Of a stretch of DNA of 44,845 nucleotides, positions 1 to 9,088 are shown piece by piece; the stretch's first letter is position 1; each line of letters begins with the position of its first letter. Location: NCBI GenBank assembly GCA_016196295.1, contig JACPYA010000076.1, positions 1 through 44,845 of the forward strand. Direction: 5' to 3'. Both the position numbers and the translations under genes were made by a program. This stretch comes from Candidatus Peregrinibacteria bacterium. GTDB taxonomy: Bacteria > Patescibacteriota > Gracilibacteria > Peribacterales > Peribacteraceae. The notes under the pieces are model-generated. The model was not told the origin of the DNA. It did not search any database and worked only from the letters and a program-made list of their open reading frames with translations.

Positions 1-539
1 GAACGTTCAACATCCGCAGTTCTTACATATAAGTTTTTTCTGTGGAACAAATTATAAGGTCGCTTGATGATGCAAGCTTGGGCGATTGCAAAAAAGGCGA
101 TTGCAAATTTGTACGCACTGTCCAAATGACGCATGTTTGAAAATGTGCGATCGATCCATCTGTTTTCTTCATTAGTAAAATAGATGTCAGGGAAAATGCG
201 CTCGATCAAATTCGTGTATTTGATTTCCCCATGTTCGGATACCAACCAGTTTACTTCTTCGTCTGAAAGCTTCTCTGTACTGTTTTCGATGAGAGCAGAT
301 GCCATCAAGTGATTGAACTGCAAATAATCGTTATAAGTTACCTGCCTGCCTTCCTGTTTCAGACGATACGCAACGGCACCTGTGCCTCCAAATACGTCCA
401 AACATGTATGAAAATCTAAATTGGAAATTTGATGCCAAATCCAATCGAGTAATTTTGCCTTGCTACCTTGGTATCTTGTTTGTGGAAAAATCGGTTTAAT
501 TGCGATGGCTTCTGCCGGAAACAACGTTAGATTTGCCAC
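1..539 (-). CDS. D12-class N6-adenine DNA methyltransferase (partial, runs off the left edge)
   Basis: Not in the ORF track. Manual translation from GTG at 539: MANLTLFP...TRYQGSKAKLLDWI...CLDVFGGTGAVAY...YNDYLQFN (Dam/FokI-like RYxGSK and motif I DxFxGxG). TATAAT lies 6 nt upstream. The region is AT-rich. Confidence 0.85.
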   Translation of the reverse strand, partial: MANLTLFPAEAIAIKPIFPQTRYQGSKAKLLDWIWHQISNLDFHTCLDVFGGTGAVAYRLKQEGRQVTYNDYLQFNHLMASALIENSTEKLSDEEVNWLVSEHGEIKYTNLIERIFPDIYFTNEENRWIDRTFSNMRHLDSAYKFAIAFFAIAQACIIKRPYNLFHRKNLYVRTADVER

Positions 540-679
540 TTCCGAATTATAGTGCTGAATGGGGAATATGCCAATTTTTGATCCACCGACCGTCTTGCCC
601 AAAAGCTGCTCAATAATTCTCCTCGAATTCCCTTGCCAGGATTCAAAATCAAAAGTTCTATTCCCTCCTGTTCTGCCAT

Positions 680-711
680 CCGGCTTCGTCCGCCTTCGGC
701 GGACTACGCCG
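680..711 (+). repeat. REP-like palindrome family A (CTTCGTCC-hairpin-GGACTACGCCG), copy 1
   Basis: ccggcttcgtccgccttcggcggactacgccg; related copies at 9383, 10711 (reverse), 16212 and 20452. Confidence 0.8.
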
Positions 712-906
712 AGATTGGCTTTCATGTGCAATTTTTCGGGGTTCGACAAAGCCTCGGCGAAGTTCCCAGAGGAACGGAGCCGGGTTCCCCGTGGGGCTGC
801 CACGTAAAAACGCTCGCAGTGCGCTGCTCGCGTTCACATGGCGCTGCCGCGAGCTTGCGCGAGAAAAACATATAAGCGCACGAGAAGCTTTTCTACTTGG
901 CCCGTG

Positions 907-969
907 AAGCCGCAGCGCGTTCCACACATGCTCCGGCGCGTTCGATTGCAGGATGATGCCGAGTTTCAT
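907..969 (-). pseudogene. DsrE-family protein N-terminal remnant
   Basis: MKLGIILQSNAPEHVWNALRL resembles DsrE/F N-termini; similarity stops after ~21 codons and the frame continues into non-protein-like sequence. Confidence 0.6.
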
Positions 970-975
970 GTGTGA

Positions 976-1677
976 TCAGGAGAGATCCTTCTTGCGCTCA
1001 TCGAACTCTTTCTTGTCGATCTCCCCCTTGGCGTAGCGCTCTTTCAGGATGTCGAGCGCGGAGTTTCCTCCCGCCGTACCGGAGGTGCGCGAGATCCATT
1101 TCACGAGCGCGACGATCCCGGCGATGATGAGCACCCACCAGAGGAGCATGAAGAGGAAGCCGAAGGGCGCGAAGCCCGATCCAAATCCCATCATGGATGA
1201 CATCGTATCAGGAGCAGTGCCGTTTGACCACCCTCCCATCATCGGGAATGCATTGTTCCAGCCTCCCCCCATCATGCCGTTGCCCATCATCATCCCCATC
1301 ATGGGCATCATCATTCCCGCGTTCCCCATAGGAAGCGTCCCGTCCCCTCCGCATCCGCTCATGCGCTTTCCCATGACGATGTGCATCTGTTCTTCGCCCT
1401 CCTCGCCCATCATCCGCGTCATCATGGTGTTCATTGCCTCGTGGGCGTCGCCCGTCATCTCTCCCATAAAATACTCACCCAGCATAGCGAACTGCTCGTC
1501 AGTGAGATCCTTGCACCCTACTTCCTTCCGTTCCATCTTCTGCCAGATTTCTTTCCCCTCCGCTTCCTCGCGTGCGGTGTGATCATCGGAAGGCATGCCG
1601 CCCGTTTCCTGCGCGAAGGCGATGGGCGAGAGGAAAAGTGTGCCGGTGATGAGCGCGACGGAGAGGCGGTGGAGCAT
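976..1677 (-). CDS. Met-rich exported membrane protein with C-terminal SHOCT domain
   Basis: Signal peptide, Met/His-rich body (HEAMNTMM..MM, MMGMMMG), TM helix, ALDILKERYAKGEIDKKEF SHOCT motif. Confidence 0.85.
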   Translation of the reverse strand: MLHRLSVALITGTLFLSPIAFAQETGGMPSDDHTAREEAEGKEIWQKMERKEVGCKDLTDEQFAMLGEYFMGEMTGDAHEAMNTMMTRMMGEEGEEQMHIVMGKRMSGCGGDGTLPMGNAGMMMPMMGMMMGNGMMGGGWNNAFPMMGGWSNGTAPDTMSSMMGFGSGFAPFGFLFMLLWWVLIIAGIVALVKWISRTSGTAGGNSALDILKERYAKGEIDKKEFDERKKDLS

Positions 1678-1711
1678 AGTGTGAGGGGGAAATATCTGGC
1701 ATTATACGCCC

Positions 1712-2101
1712 ATGGATTTCGAGTACACGGTCATCACGGGCAAAGACTTCGCTGCCGCGCTCGCGAACGTGCAGGAGGAGATCGCGAAGGCTGGAATGCG
1801 CGTCCTTCACGTCCACGACGTGCAGGCGACCCTTGCGGAGAAGGGCATCCAGCGCGATCCGTACAGGATCGTGGAGTTCTGCAACGCGAAGTACGCGAGC
1901 GAGTTCCTTCGCGCCGACCCCAAGATCGGTCTCTGCATGCCCTGCAAGATCAACGTGTACGTCCATGAAGGGAAAGTTCTTCTCTCCGGCATGCGTCCCA
2001 TCGTCCTCCCGCAGTTCTTCCCGCACGTCGATCTGGGCGATATGCCGCAGGAAGTCGATGCCGTCGTGCGGTCGATCATCGACAAGGCGAAGGGGGAATG
2101 A
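1712..2101 (+). CDS. DUF302 domain protein
   Basis: HDVQATL..KG..YRIVEFCN..IGLCMPCKINVY pattern. Confidence 0.85.
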   Translation: MDFEYTVITGKDFAAALANVQEEIAKAGMRVLHVHDVQATLAEKGIQRDPYRIVEFCNAKYASEFLRADPKIGLCMPCKINVYVHEGKVLLSGMRPIVLPQFFPHVDLGDMPQEVDAVVRSIIDKAKGE

Positions 2102-2128
2102 GAGGAGGGGTAAGGCAAGATGCTGGGG

Positions 2129-2845
2129 TTACATATAACGTTCGGTGTGAATATTCTGCTCCGGGATACCGAGTATATGGCAGAGATTCTGCACGTTGTT
2201 GACCATCTCGGTCGCCCCGCAGATGTAGACGCTCACGTTGGAAGGATCCTTTACTATACGTCGGATTCTCTCCTGCACCGATCCGGTTTCCACGTGCCAA
2301 TCGGGCTCACCGCTGAGGAAGGAAGCATGGGCGTGAAGATTTGGATATTCCGCTTCCAGCGCTTTCCATTGGTCCTCCCAAAAGAAATCCCGTCTCTTTA
2401 CGACGCCGGCGATGAGATGCATCGGACGGGTGTCATGCGATTCTTCGAGCGACCAGAGAATGTGCGAACGGAACGGCGCAATCCCCGTCCCTGTCGCGAT
2501 GAAGAGATACGGCTTATCGGTCTTCCGATCCAGCAGGAGTGCGCCGAACGGTCCCTTGAACGAGATAGTCATGCCGGGTTCCACCCTCTCTTCTATCCAC
2601 ATACTCGCTCTCCCGCGCGGGACAAGTTTGATGACGAAGAGGAGATCCTCTTCGGAGGGGGCGGAAGCGATGGAGTACGCACGCGTTTGCACGTCCTGCG
2701 GATTCCCCGATGCGGGCACGTCGAACAGCACGAACTGCCCCGGCAGGAATGTGAATCCTTCCGGTTTCTGCAAGCGGAGTTCGTACACGCCGGGAGCGAT
2801 GAGCCGCTTGTTGAGGCAGCGAGCGAAGAATGCGGGAATGGACAT
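2129..2845 (-). CDS. Ferredoxin/flavodoxin-NADP+ reductase family FAD/NAD(P)-binding oxidoreductase
   Basis: FLPGQF, RAYSIAS, GPFG, ATGTGIAPF, YICG motifs; start reassigned to MSIPAFF (2845). Confidence 0.88.
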   Translation of the reverse strand: MSIPAFFARCLNKRLIAPGVYELRLQKPEGFTFLPGQFVLFDVPASGNPQDVQTRAYSIASAPSEEDLLFVIKLVPRGRASMWIEERVEPGMTISFKGPFGALLLDRKTDKPYLFIATGTGIAPFRSHILWSLEESHDTRPMHLIAGVVKRRDFFWEDQWKALEAEYPNLHAHASFLSGEPDWHVETGSVQERIRRIVKDPSNVSVYICGATEMVNNVQNLCHILGIPEQNIHTERYM

Positions 2846-2862
2846 AGGTCGCGGAGGGGATG

Positions 2863-3120
2863 TCACTCGCTCATCCTGTTCCAGATCACGCTGAACGCCC
2901 AGCCGACGACATACCCGGTCACGAATGTCACGACGATGAGGCCGACGGCAAGCACCAGCGAAAATTGCCCGACCGTGTACGGCGGAGTGATGAAATGCAA
3001 CCGGAACACCCGATCGATCACGAACTGCGCCCACCCGGCGAGGACGAGCAAGGACCAGAGGAGATGCCAAGCAGCGATCGTGCCGCCGAGCGCGAGGCCG
3101 GTTTTGTGGGGATTGATCAT
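2863..3120 (-). CDS. Small two-TM membrane protein
   Basis: 85 aa, two hydrophobic helices, operon position, pyrimidine-rich leader. Confidence 0.75.
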   Translation of the reverse strand: MINPHKTGLALGGTIAAWHLLWSLLVLAGWAQFVIDRVFRLHFITPPYTVGQFSLVLAVGLIVVTFVTGYVVGWAFSVIWNRMSE

Positions 3121-3165
3121 GGAATGGAAGGGGAAAGAAATGAAAATAAGAAATGGAGTACGCGT

Positions 3166-3933
3166 TCATGCGGCAAGCCAGCCGCCATCGACGTAGAGCG
3201 TCGCACCCGTGACGTAGCTGGCTTCTTCGGATGCGAGGAAGACGACGGCTGCGGAGATTTCTTCGGGCTTTCCCAACCTCTTGAGCGGGATGTGAGCGAG
3301 TGTGGCCTGCATCGCTTTCTTGGACATGTGTGCGGCATCCACCATCGGTGTATCAATTGCGCCGGGGGCGATAGCGTTTACGGTGATCCCATACTCCGCC
3401 CATTCATCCGCGAGCGTCTCCGTCATTCCAAGGATTCCGCCCTTTGAAGCTGTGTAGTGGGCAGCGCCTGAGAATCCAATGCCTGCTCCGCCGGAGGCGA
3501 TAGAAGAGATGTTGATGATGCGGCCCCAATTGTTCTTCTTCATCTCCTTCGCGGCTCTCTGGGCGCAGAAGAACTGTCCTCGAAGGTTGATGGAGAGCAT
3601 TTCATCCCACTCAGCTTCGGTGATATCCAGCGCGGGCTTCGGCTTGAAGATTCCCGCGTTGTTCACAAGGATATCGATACGTCCAAAGCGCTTCATGACT
3701 TTGTCGAAGATCACATCGATTTGCTCTTTCTTCGAAACATCCATCGCGTAGGCGTACGATTCGCCGCCCTGCGAGCCGATCTCTTCTGCGACGCGGTCGC
3801 AATCGCCCTCCTTTCTTCCGGTGAGGATGACTTTCGCGCCTTGTGAAGCGAGAGACAGCGCATCCATGCGGCCCATGCCGCTGCCGCTGCCCGTGATGAG
3901 TGCCACTTTACCGTAGAGGTTGAACATGGTCAT
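3166..3933 (-). CDS. Short-chain dehydrogenase/reductase (FabG-like)
   Basis: TGSGSGMG, NNAG, YTASK, NAIAPG, VDGG motifs. Confidence 0.92.
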   Translation of the reverse strand: MTMFNLYGKVALITGSGSGMGRMDALSLASQGAKVILTGRKEGDCDRVAEEIGSQGGESYAYAMDVSKKEQIDVIFDKVMKRFGRIDILVNNAGIFKPKPALDITEAEWDEMLSINLRGQFFCAQRAAKEMKKNNWGRIINISSIASGGAGIGFSGAAHYTASKGGILGMTETLADEWAEYGITVNAIAPGAIDTPMVDAAHMSKKAMQATLAHIPLKRLGKPEEISAAVVFLASEEASYVTGATLYVDGGWLAA

Positions 3934-3951
3934 AGGAGGAAGGAGAAAGAA

Positions 3952-4557
3952 TTAACAACCGAATTGCCCCTCGGTGCAGGGAGTGGTGGACGGCGTACCT
4001 TTGAAAGAGCCGGGTTCCTTGCCGGATGCGACGTACTCCTCAACGTTCGTCCGGCTCCACTCATGCTCGTGATTCCAGAGCGTCCAGAAGTGCCGCCACT
4101 CATTCCAGCCGATGCCGAGGTGCTGAACGTAGATCCCGTGCTCCGTGAGCATCTGCCCGATCTTCCGGCCCGTCATGCAGGGCATGGAATAGCAGTACAC
4201 GATGATGTTTTTGTCCTTCGGGAATTCTCGGAAAGCAGCAACGATCCTGTCTACCGCGCCGTAGTCCGACGTATCTCTGTCCTTGTAGGCGGGGATGCTG
4301 ACCGCTCCGACGATGTGCTCCTTCTCATACTCTTCCTGGCTTCGCAGATCGACGAGGATGAAGTCCTGCGCCCCTTCCGCAATCTTTTTGCGGATGCTGT
4401 GGGGGCTCACATGGACGGCATTCTCGGTGTCGTAGAATTCACGGATGAGCGCTTCCTTGCTCGGCTGGTAGGTCAATATCGAGAGATATCCTCCGCCAAC
4501 CCCGGCGAGGAGTGAAAATGGGAGCATGAGCACGATGACTGTGGTGACGGGTTTCAT
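3952..4557 (-). CDS. Membrane-anchored rhodanese-like domain protein
   Basis: N-terminal TM; LVDLRSQEEYEKEHIVGA; IIVYCYSMPC; start overlaps the upstream stop (ATGA). Confidence 0.85.
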   Translation of the reverse strand: MKPVTTVIVLMLPFSLLAGVGGGYLSILTYQPSKEALIREFYDTENAVHVSPHSIRKKIAEGAQDFILVDLRSQEEYEKEHIVGAVSIPAYKDRDTSDYGAVDRIVAAFREFPKDKNIIVYCYSMPCMTGRKIGQMLTEHGIYVQHLGIGWNEWRHFWTLWNHEHEWSRTNVEEYVASGKEPGSFKGTPSTTPCTEGQFGC

Positions 4558-5030
4558 GGGAGTGAAAGGGTGAGGGAGGAGAGGAGTTTCTTGCCCCACT
4601 TGTGGATTTTTTCTTCCTGCCCGTAGGGCTCGTTCACGATGACGAGTGGCGGGAGGAGCTGCTTGCCGTTGTGGGTGCGCAGAAACCGCTGGAAGTGCTC
4701 GGTGCAGCGGGTCGTGAAGTAGTAGCGGTCATCTCCGAGGCTGACGAATGCAAGAGGCTTGCCGTGAAGATCTGCATCTGCAGCCCGCTCAAGGAGAAGT
4801 GCATACATGTGCGGATTGAGCTGGCCCTCCGTGCCTCCCGTGTTCCACGTTCCGGAACCGAGGATGACGGCGTCGCCGCGCAGGAGATCGAGGCTCTCCG
4901 CCCTCTCCGCCCGCTGCACCTCGATCTTGAGATCGGGCGATTGCTCACGCAGGAATGTGGTGAGCGTGTCCACGACGTACTCGGTGTTGCCGCTCGTGGA
5001 AGCATAGATGATGTGGAGGGAAAGGGGCAT
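4554..5030 (-). CDS. Flavodoxin
   Basis: IIYASTSGNTE FMN loop, GSGTW, SLGDDRY; start reassigned to 5030. Confidence 0.85.
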   Translation of the reverse strand: MPLSLHIIYASTSGNTEYVVDTLTTFLREQSPDLKIEVQRAERAESLDLLRGDAVILGSGTWNTGGTEGQLNPHMYALLLERAADADLHGKPLAFVSLGDDRYYFTTRCTEHFQRFLRTHNGKQLLPPLVIVNEPYGQEEKIHKWGKKLLSSLTLSLP

Positions 5031-5038
5031 GGATGCAT

Positions 5039-5560
5039 TCAGGTTGAGTGGAGTGGTTCTTCCACGATTGCAGGACGTTTGCGCAGATGCGCGGGTTTCA
5101 GTTGATGAAGAATGTGTGTGAGGAGCTTGTCCGCCCACAGGCGAATTTCTTTCTCATATGCATAGAGATCCTCGCCCGTGAGCAGCAAAGGATGAATGAA
5201 GAGCCGTCCGTTGTGCTGCTCGATGAACTGCCGGAACTCCGCATCAATTGCTTTCTCCGCATCTTCGCTCAGGCTGAGCCCGGCGAACGCCAGGAAACGT
5301 TCTTCAAGATCGATGTCCTTTGCCCGGTCGAGGAGCGCCTTCATGTCCGCATGGACGTGCTCTTCCCCATGCGCATCCGCCGCGACAAGCACGATCACGT
5401 CGCCCTGTAGAAGATGCTTTCGCGTCGCCGTCTGAGCCGATTGCTTGTTCACGACGATCCGCGCCGACTCCGGGGATGCCGTGAGCACTTCTGTCAGGGT
5501 GTCGGCCACGTGCTTCGCGTGGCCGCCGGTGGATGCGTAGATGATGTGGATGGATGGCAT
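5039..5560 (-). CDS. Divergent flavodoxin-like protein (tandem paralogue)
   Basis: IHIIYASTGGHA; collinear with the neighbouring flavodoxin but lacks the TW and GD..Y loops. Confidence 0.75.
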   Translation of the reverse strand: MPSIHIIYASTGGHAKHVADTLTEVLTASPESARIVVNKQSAQTATRKHLLQGDVIVLVAADAHGEEHVHADMKALLDRAKDIDLEERFLAFAGLSLSEDAEKAIDAEFRQFIEQHNGRLFIHPLLLTGEDLYAYEKEIRLWADKLLTHILHQLKPAHLRKRPAIVEEPLHST

Positions 5561-5609
5561 AGTCTGAAATTAAGAGAATCGGGAAAGATCAGACAGACGA
5601 TGACTCCGC

Positions 5610-5897
5610 TCAAGGAAACCACCGCTGGCAGTGATTGAGGCATGCCGCGAGAATCCATCCCGCGAGAAGACCGCCGATGTAACTAACGATGATCCCTGCG
5701 ATGAACGTAAGGAAGTTCAACCCCACGAATTCAGCATCTAGGAACAGGATTCGGAGGCCATTCATATGCAGTTCCTGCAAAGCGGGATTCGTGAGCAGGA
5801 AACCCCAGAGGAAGCAGACGACGAAACCGATGCCAGAAACCAGGCCGACGGCGGGCCCCCAGTGCGCGAACCGGTAGGGTGAAGGTGAAGAGAACAT
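5610..5897 (-). CDS. Small membrane protein (DUF5676-like)
   Basis: Two TM helices around QELHMNGL; start reassigned to 5897 after a pyrimidine-rich leader. Confidence 0.6.
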   Translation of the reverse strand: MFSSPSPYRFAHWGPAVGLVSGIGFVVCFLWGFLLTNPALQELHMNGLRILFLDAEFVGLNFLTFIAGIIVSYIGGLLAGWILAACLNHCQRWFP

Positions 5898-5934
5898 GGG
5901 AAGAAGGAAAGAAATGGAAGAAGAAAGAATGAAA

Positions 5935-6174
5935 TTACATGATGTGATGGGTATGCCCAGAGTCGTCATCCGAATTTTTCTTCCGGCTTCCATGCCCTTC
6001 ACGGTTTCCATGTCCTCCATGCATGCCGATCATCATCAGCGGACAGAGCAGGAGGAAGAAAAACGGCAAAATGGAGTACAGAGACTGCCACTGAGATGCG
6101 TAGGCGAAGATCAGGAGGACGATGAGTCCGGCGATGATGCAGTAGAGCCAGAAGGCGGGAATGGGAGATTTCAT
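5935..6174 (-). CDS. DUF2933-like membrane protein
   Basis: LLLLCPLMMIGMHGGHG motif and His-rich tail. Confidence 0.8.
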   Translation of the reverse strand: MKSPIPAFWLYCIIAGLIVLLIFAYASQWQSLYSILPFFFLLLCPLMMIGMHGGHGNREGHGSRKKNSDDDSGHTHHIM

Positions 6175-6178
6175 GGTG

Positions 6179-7282
6179 CTATGTCACAGGAAATTGATTA
6201 AGCAGCCAGCCTAGCAGAACAACTTGAGGAACGGTCACGAGCGGAAGGAACAGCGGGATTTTCCAGGACTTCGTTGTTTCTCGGAGGATCAGGATCTCTG
6301 TGTAGTCCGTTGATACCCCTGTCATGAGGAACGCGAAGGAATTCCCGGCCGCCCCTGCACGGGTGAGGATGTCCGTTGCCACGGGCATCGATCCCTCGGA
6401 ACAGACCTCCAGAATCGTCGCGACGATGATGGTGAGGCCCAGTCCCGCGAGAGTTGGTCCAAAGAGCGTGCCGAACATTTCTGTTGGAATGATGGCACGA
6501 ACGAGCGCGGCGAGGATGATGCCGAAGAAGATCCACCGCATGATGAGACGCGATTCGAGGAGTCCAGTCTTGGCAACACTCTTCGTCCACGCTCGAGAAG
6601 GACGGAAGTGCCGCAACCCATCTTTCGCTTCCTTCCAGAACGAATACGTCGGAGGAATGGAGATGGCATTGGGATTCGGCGGCAGGATCTTCCGTCGAAC
6701 GAACATATCGAACAGGAGACCGGCAATCAGACCAACGGTCATGCTCAAGAGGACGAACACGAGCATCCATTGGAATCCCACGAGCTGCCAGAGGAGCAAC
6801 GTGAGGACAATCGAGTTCCACGGACTCGCAATGAGGAAGGCGACGACTTGTCCTACGCTGACGCCGCGCTCATAGAGCTTGCTTCCGACAAAGAGGATGC
6901 CGTGCGAGCAGAGATCGAGAAGGACTCCCGCGAAAACGGCGCGGAGCATGCCGCTGACCGTGCCGCTCCTTCCCATTGCAGAGATCACCATCTCGCGCGG
7001 AACCTGGCCCAACACCCCAACAAAGATCATGCCAACGAGGAGACTCCACCAGATCGTATGGATGAGTTCCACGATGCTCTCCGAAAACGTCGTGAGAGCG
7101 GGCGTTGCGAGCGCAACGGATGGAAGAAGGAAATAGGAGGCATAGGTGGCGATGAGCACGGCACTCGTTCCCCAGAGAAAATAATCCCTACGAACTTGTG
7201 CATGCGCTCCATGTTCATGGTTCTCACCATGTTCATGGGTTGCTCCTGCGGGCCGATGAGCGGAGAGAGCGCTGTTGGTCAT
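6179..7282 (-). CDS. ArsP/DUF318-family permease
   Basis: Two repeats with LDLCSHG and LEVCSEG, multiple TMs, His-rich N-terminus; start reassigned to 7282. Confidence 0.85.
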   Translation of the reverse strand: MTNSALSAHRPAGATHEHGENHEHGAHAQVRRDYFLWGTSAVLIATYASYFLLPSVALATPALTTFSESIVELIHTIWWSLLVGMIFVGVLGQVPREMVISAMGRSGTVSGMLRAVFAGVLLDLCSHGILFVGSKLYERGVSVGQVVAFLIASPWNSIVLTLLLWQLVGFQWMLVFVLLSMTVGLIAGLLFDMFVRRKILPPNPNAISIPPTYSFWKEAKDGLRHFRPSRAWTKSVAKTGLLESRLIMRWIFFGIILAALVRAIIPTEMFGTLFGPTLAGLGLTIIVATILEVCSEGSMPVATDILTRAGAAGNSFAFLMTGVSTDYTEILILRETTKSWKIPLFLPLVTVPQVVLLGWLLNQFPVT

Positions 7283-7293
7283 AGAGGCAAGAA

Positions 7294-7449
7294 TTACTGG
7301 GTATAGCCCCAGTCTCGAAGCCACTGATTCATCTGGTCAATTTCCCGTTGCTGCGCCGAAATGATGTCCCTCGCCATCTGCTTGATCTCCTCATGCTTGG
7401 CGGATGTCAGAGCCTTTCGGGCCATTTCGATCGCTCCCTGGGGAGGCAT
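7294..7449 (-). pseudogene. DUF305 (ferritin-like) C-terminal remnant
   Basis: QGAIEMARKAL..HEEIKQMARDIISAQQREIDQM..W matches the second DUF305 repeat; the usual MIPHH motif and N-terminal half are missing. Confidence 0.7.
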
Positions 7450-7471
7450 AGAAGAGAAGGAGAAGAAAAAA

Positions 7472-7846
7472 TTACCGGGCCGCATCTTTATCGAGCCAAT
7501 CATTCTCCTGTTCCTCCTCGAATCCCTCCCATGCACTGCGCTCCGGAACGGCATGTCCCGCCTCCGTCACCTGCTCGCTGTGCTCGATGTCTGCTGCCGT
7601 CTCGTCCCTGTGCCCGATGGCTTCGGGAGTGCCGGTGCCGGGAAAGTCCCTGCGCGGTCGTACCGGTTCGCCATTGTTGTTTCTGTTCCGCGGGCGTTCG
7701 GGGAAGCAATGCTCATGTTCCGGAAGAAATCTGCCGTGCGTATCCCGAGGGGAAGCGTGCACGAACCTGCCGTGGGGATCCCAATGGGAGGGATGCACAT
7801 ACCCTGCGTGAGCCGGTGCCGATGGTGTGAAAGCGTTCTTTGCCAT
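7472..7846 (-). CDS. Hypothetical disordered His-rich/acidic protein with two DxHGRF repeats
   Basis: WDPHGRFV / RDTHGRFL, acidic tail, pyrimidine-rich leader, co-oriented with neighbours. Confidence 0.6.
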   Translation of the reverse strand: MAKNAFTPSAPAHAGYVHPSHWDPHGRFVHASPRDTHGRFLPEHEHCFPERPRNRNNNGEPVRPRRDFPGTGTPEAIGHRDETAADIEHSEQVTEAGHAVPERSAWEGFEEEQENDWLDKDAAR

Positions 7847-7877
7847 GGGAGAGTGATGGAAAGAGATAAAAGGAAAT

Positions 7878-8135
7878 TCAGAGCTGATCGCGTGTGACGG
7901 AGGATTCCCTCCGCTCGATCTCGTGGTGAGCGCCCTCTTCGTTCACGAGAGGAATCTCGTTGTCCCGCTCTCCTATCGATGGCGGTTCAGGGACAGAAAG
8001 CTCGTGATGCTCATCGAGGAGCGATGCTGCGAATGCAGCGGAACTCGCCGAGCCCCGGTGAGCATGACGCGTCTTCCGTTTTCGCGTCGCATGCGCCTTT
8101 TTCTTGTGCCAACGGCTGAGAAACTGATGGAGCAT
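7878..8135 (-). CDS. Hypothetical protein (basic N-terminus, acidic C-terminus)
   Basis: 85-aa ORF filling the gap in a co-oriented cluster. Confidence 0.5.
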   Translation of the reverse strand: MLHQFLSRWHKKKAHATRKRKTRHAHRGSASSAAFAASLLDEHHELSVPEPPSIGERDNEIPLVNEEGAHHEIERRESSVTRDQL

Positions 8136-8137
8136 GA

Positions 8138-8233
8138 TCAGTGAAGGAGAAAAAGAGTGAGAAGACAGACCATTCCCGCGAATGTGATGAACATTCTCTG
8201 CACGGTGCCGGTGCTGTGAGTGCGAGTGATCAT
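8138..8233 (-). CDS. Putative 31-aa membrane micropeptide
   Basis: MITRTHSTGTVQRMFITFAGMVCLLTLFLLH*; pyrimidine-rich leader; stop 2 nt from the next ATG. Confidence 0.35.
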   Translation of the reverse strand: MITRTHSTGTVQRMFITFAGMVCLLTLFLLH

Positions 8234-8314
8234 GGTTGGAAAGGGAGCAGTGAGGCAGTGAGAGAGCGGTGGGGGCGGCAAGGTTAAGCGGAACCCCGCC
8301 GTCCTGTGGAACGG

Positions 8315-8794
8315 TTACGATTCGATGGCGAGTTTGCGGGCCTTGCTCTCGATGGGCTTCGCTTCCTTCTTCGGGAGCGTGATCGTGAGCGTGCCGTTCT
8401 TGGCTTTGCAGCTCGCCTTCGTCTCATCGACGGGAGGGAGAGCGATCTGCCGGAAAAAGGAACCTGAGCATCGTTCCTGGCGGTAGTACTTGCGCTTCTT
8501 CTCCTCGGTTTCCTTCTCCATTTCTCCTTTGATCGTGAGGACGTTGTCCTCGATTTCGATATCGATGTCCTTGGGCTCGTAGCCCGCGACGTTCGCTGCG
8601 ACTGTTATTTCCTTGTCTGTCTCGGAGACATCGACATCGGGCATCCAGTCTGTCGAGAATGGTGTCATTGCGCGGAAGGGGCTGCGGAAGGAATAATCAT
8701 CCCAGAATCGATTCCAGAAGGAGTCGTCGAGCGGGAACCCGAGGCGGGTGCGGGGAGCAAGGAGAGGCCGTTGGCGTTGGAGGAGTTTGACCAT
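8315..8794 (-). CDS. Hsp20/alpha-crystallin small heat-shock protein
   Basis: PDVDVSET, NVLTIKGE, ERCSGSFFRQIALP, KNGTLTITLPK. Confidence 0.93.
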   Translation of the reverse strand: MVKLLQRQRPLLAPRTRLGFPLDDSFWNRFWDDYSFRSPFRAMTPFSTDWMPDVDVSETDKEITVAANVAGYEPKDIDIEIEDNVLTIKGEMEKETEEKKRKYYRQERCSGSFFRQIALPPVDETKASCKAKNGTLTITLPKKEAKPIESKARKLAIES

Positions 8795-8833
8795 GATGAT
8801 GAGATGGGAAAGAAATAGAGAGAAATGATCATT

Positions 8834-9088
8834 CTACCAATGACGACGGACAGGGTGGTAGAACTTCGTGAAGAAAAGCACCACGGCCGCCGCGATGAGG
8901 GCGAAGGAAGCCGATCCCCACAGCCCATAGGGATTGAGTCCGTAATAATCGATGAGATAGCCGCCAGCGAGTGCCGCGACGAGCCCGACGACGATCTCGA
9001 TGGGCATGCTGAAGCCGTAGTCCTTGGCGACTTCTCCGGCGATCCAGCCGGCAATGAGGCCGATGGCGAGAAAGAGGAGGATTTCCAT
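8834..9088 (-). CDS. GlsB/YeaQ/YmgE family stress-response membrane protein
   Basis: IGLIAGWIAG...IVVGLVAALAGG pattern; start reassigned to 9088. Confidence 0.82.
   Translation of the reverse strand: MEILLFLAIGLIAGWIAGEVAKDYGFSMPIEIVVGLVAALAGGYLIDYYGLNPYGLWGSASFALIAAAVVLFFTKFYHPVRRHW

Noticed and set aside
341-356. cctgcctgcc half-match to the 20-bp palindrome inside the MTase gene
   Set aside because: Only one arm is present and it encodes ordinary residues (EGRQV); likely coincidence
735-810. GGTTCGA T-loop-like motif suggesting a tRNA
   Set aside because: No cloverleaf or acceptor stem could be built around it
2846-3169. N-terminal extension of the 346-aa FNR ORF
   Set aside because: It overlaps a credible membrane-protein gene in another frame; FNR similarity begins near 2845
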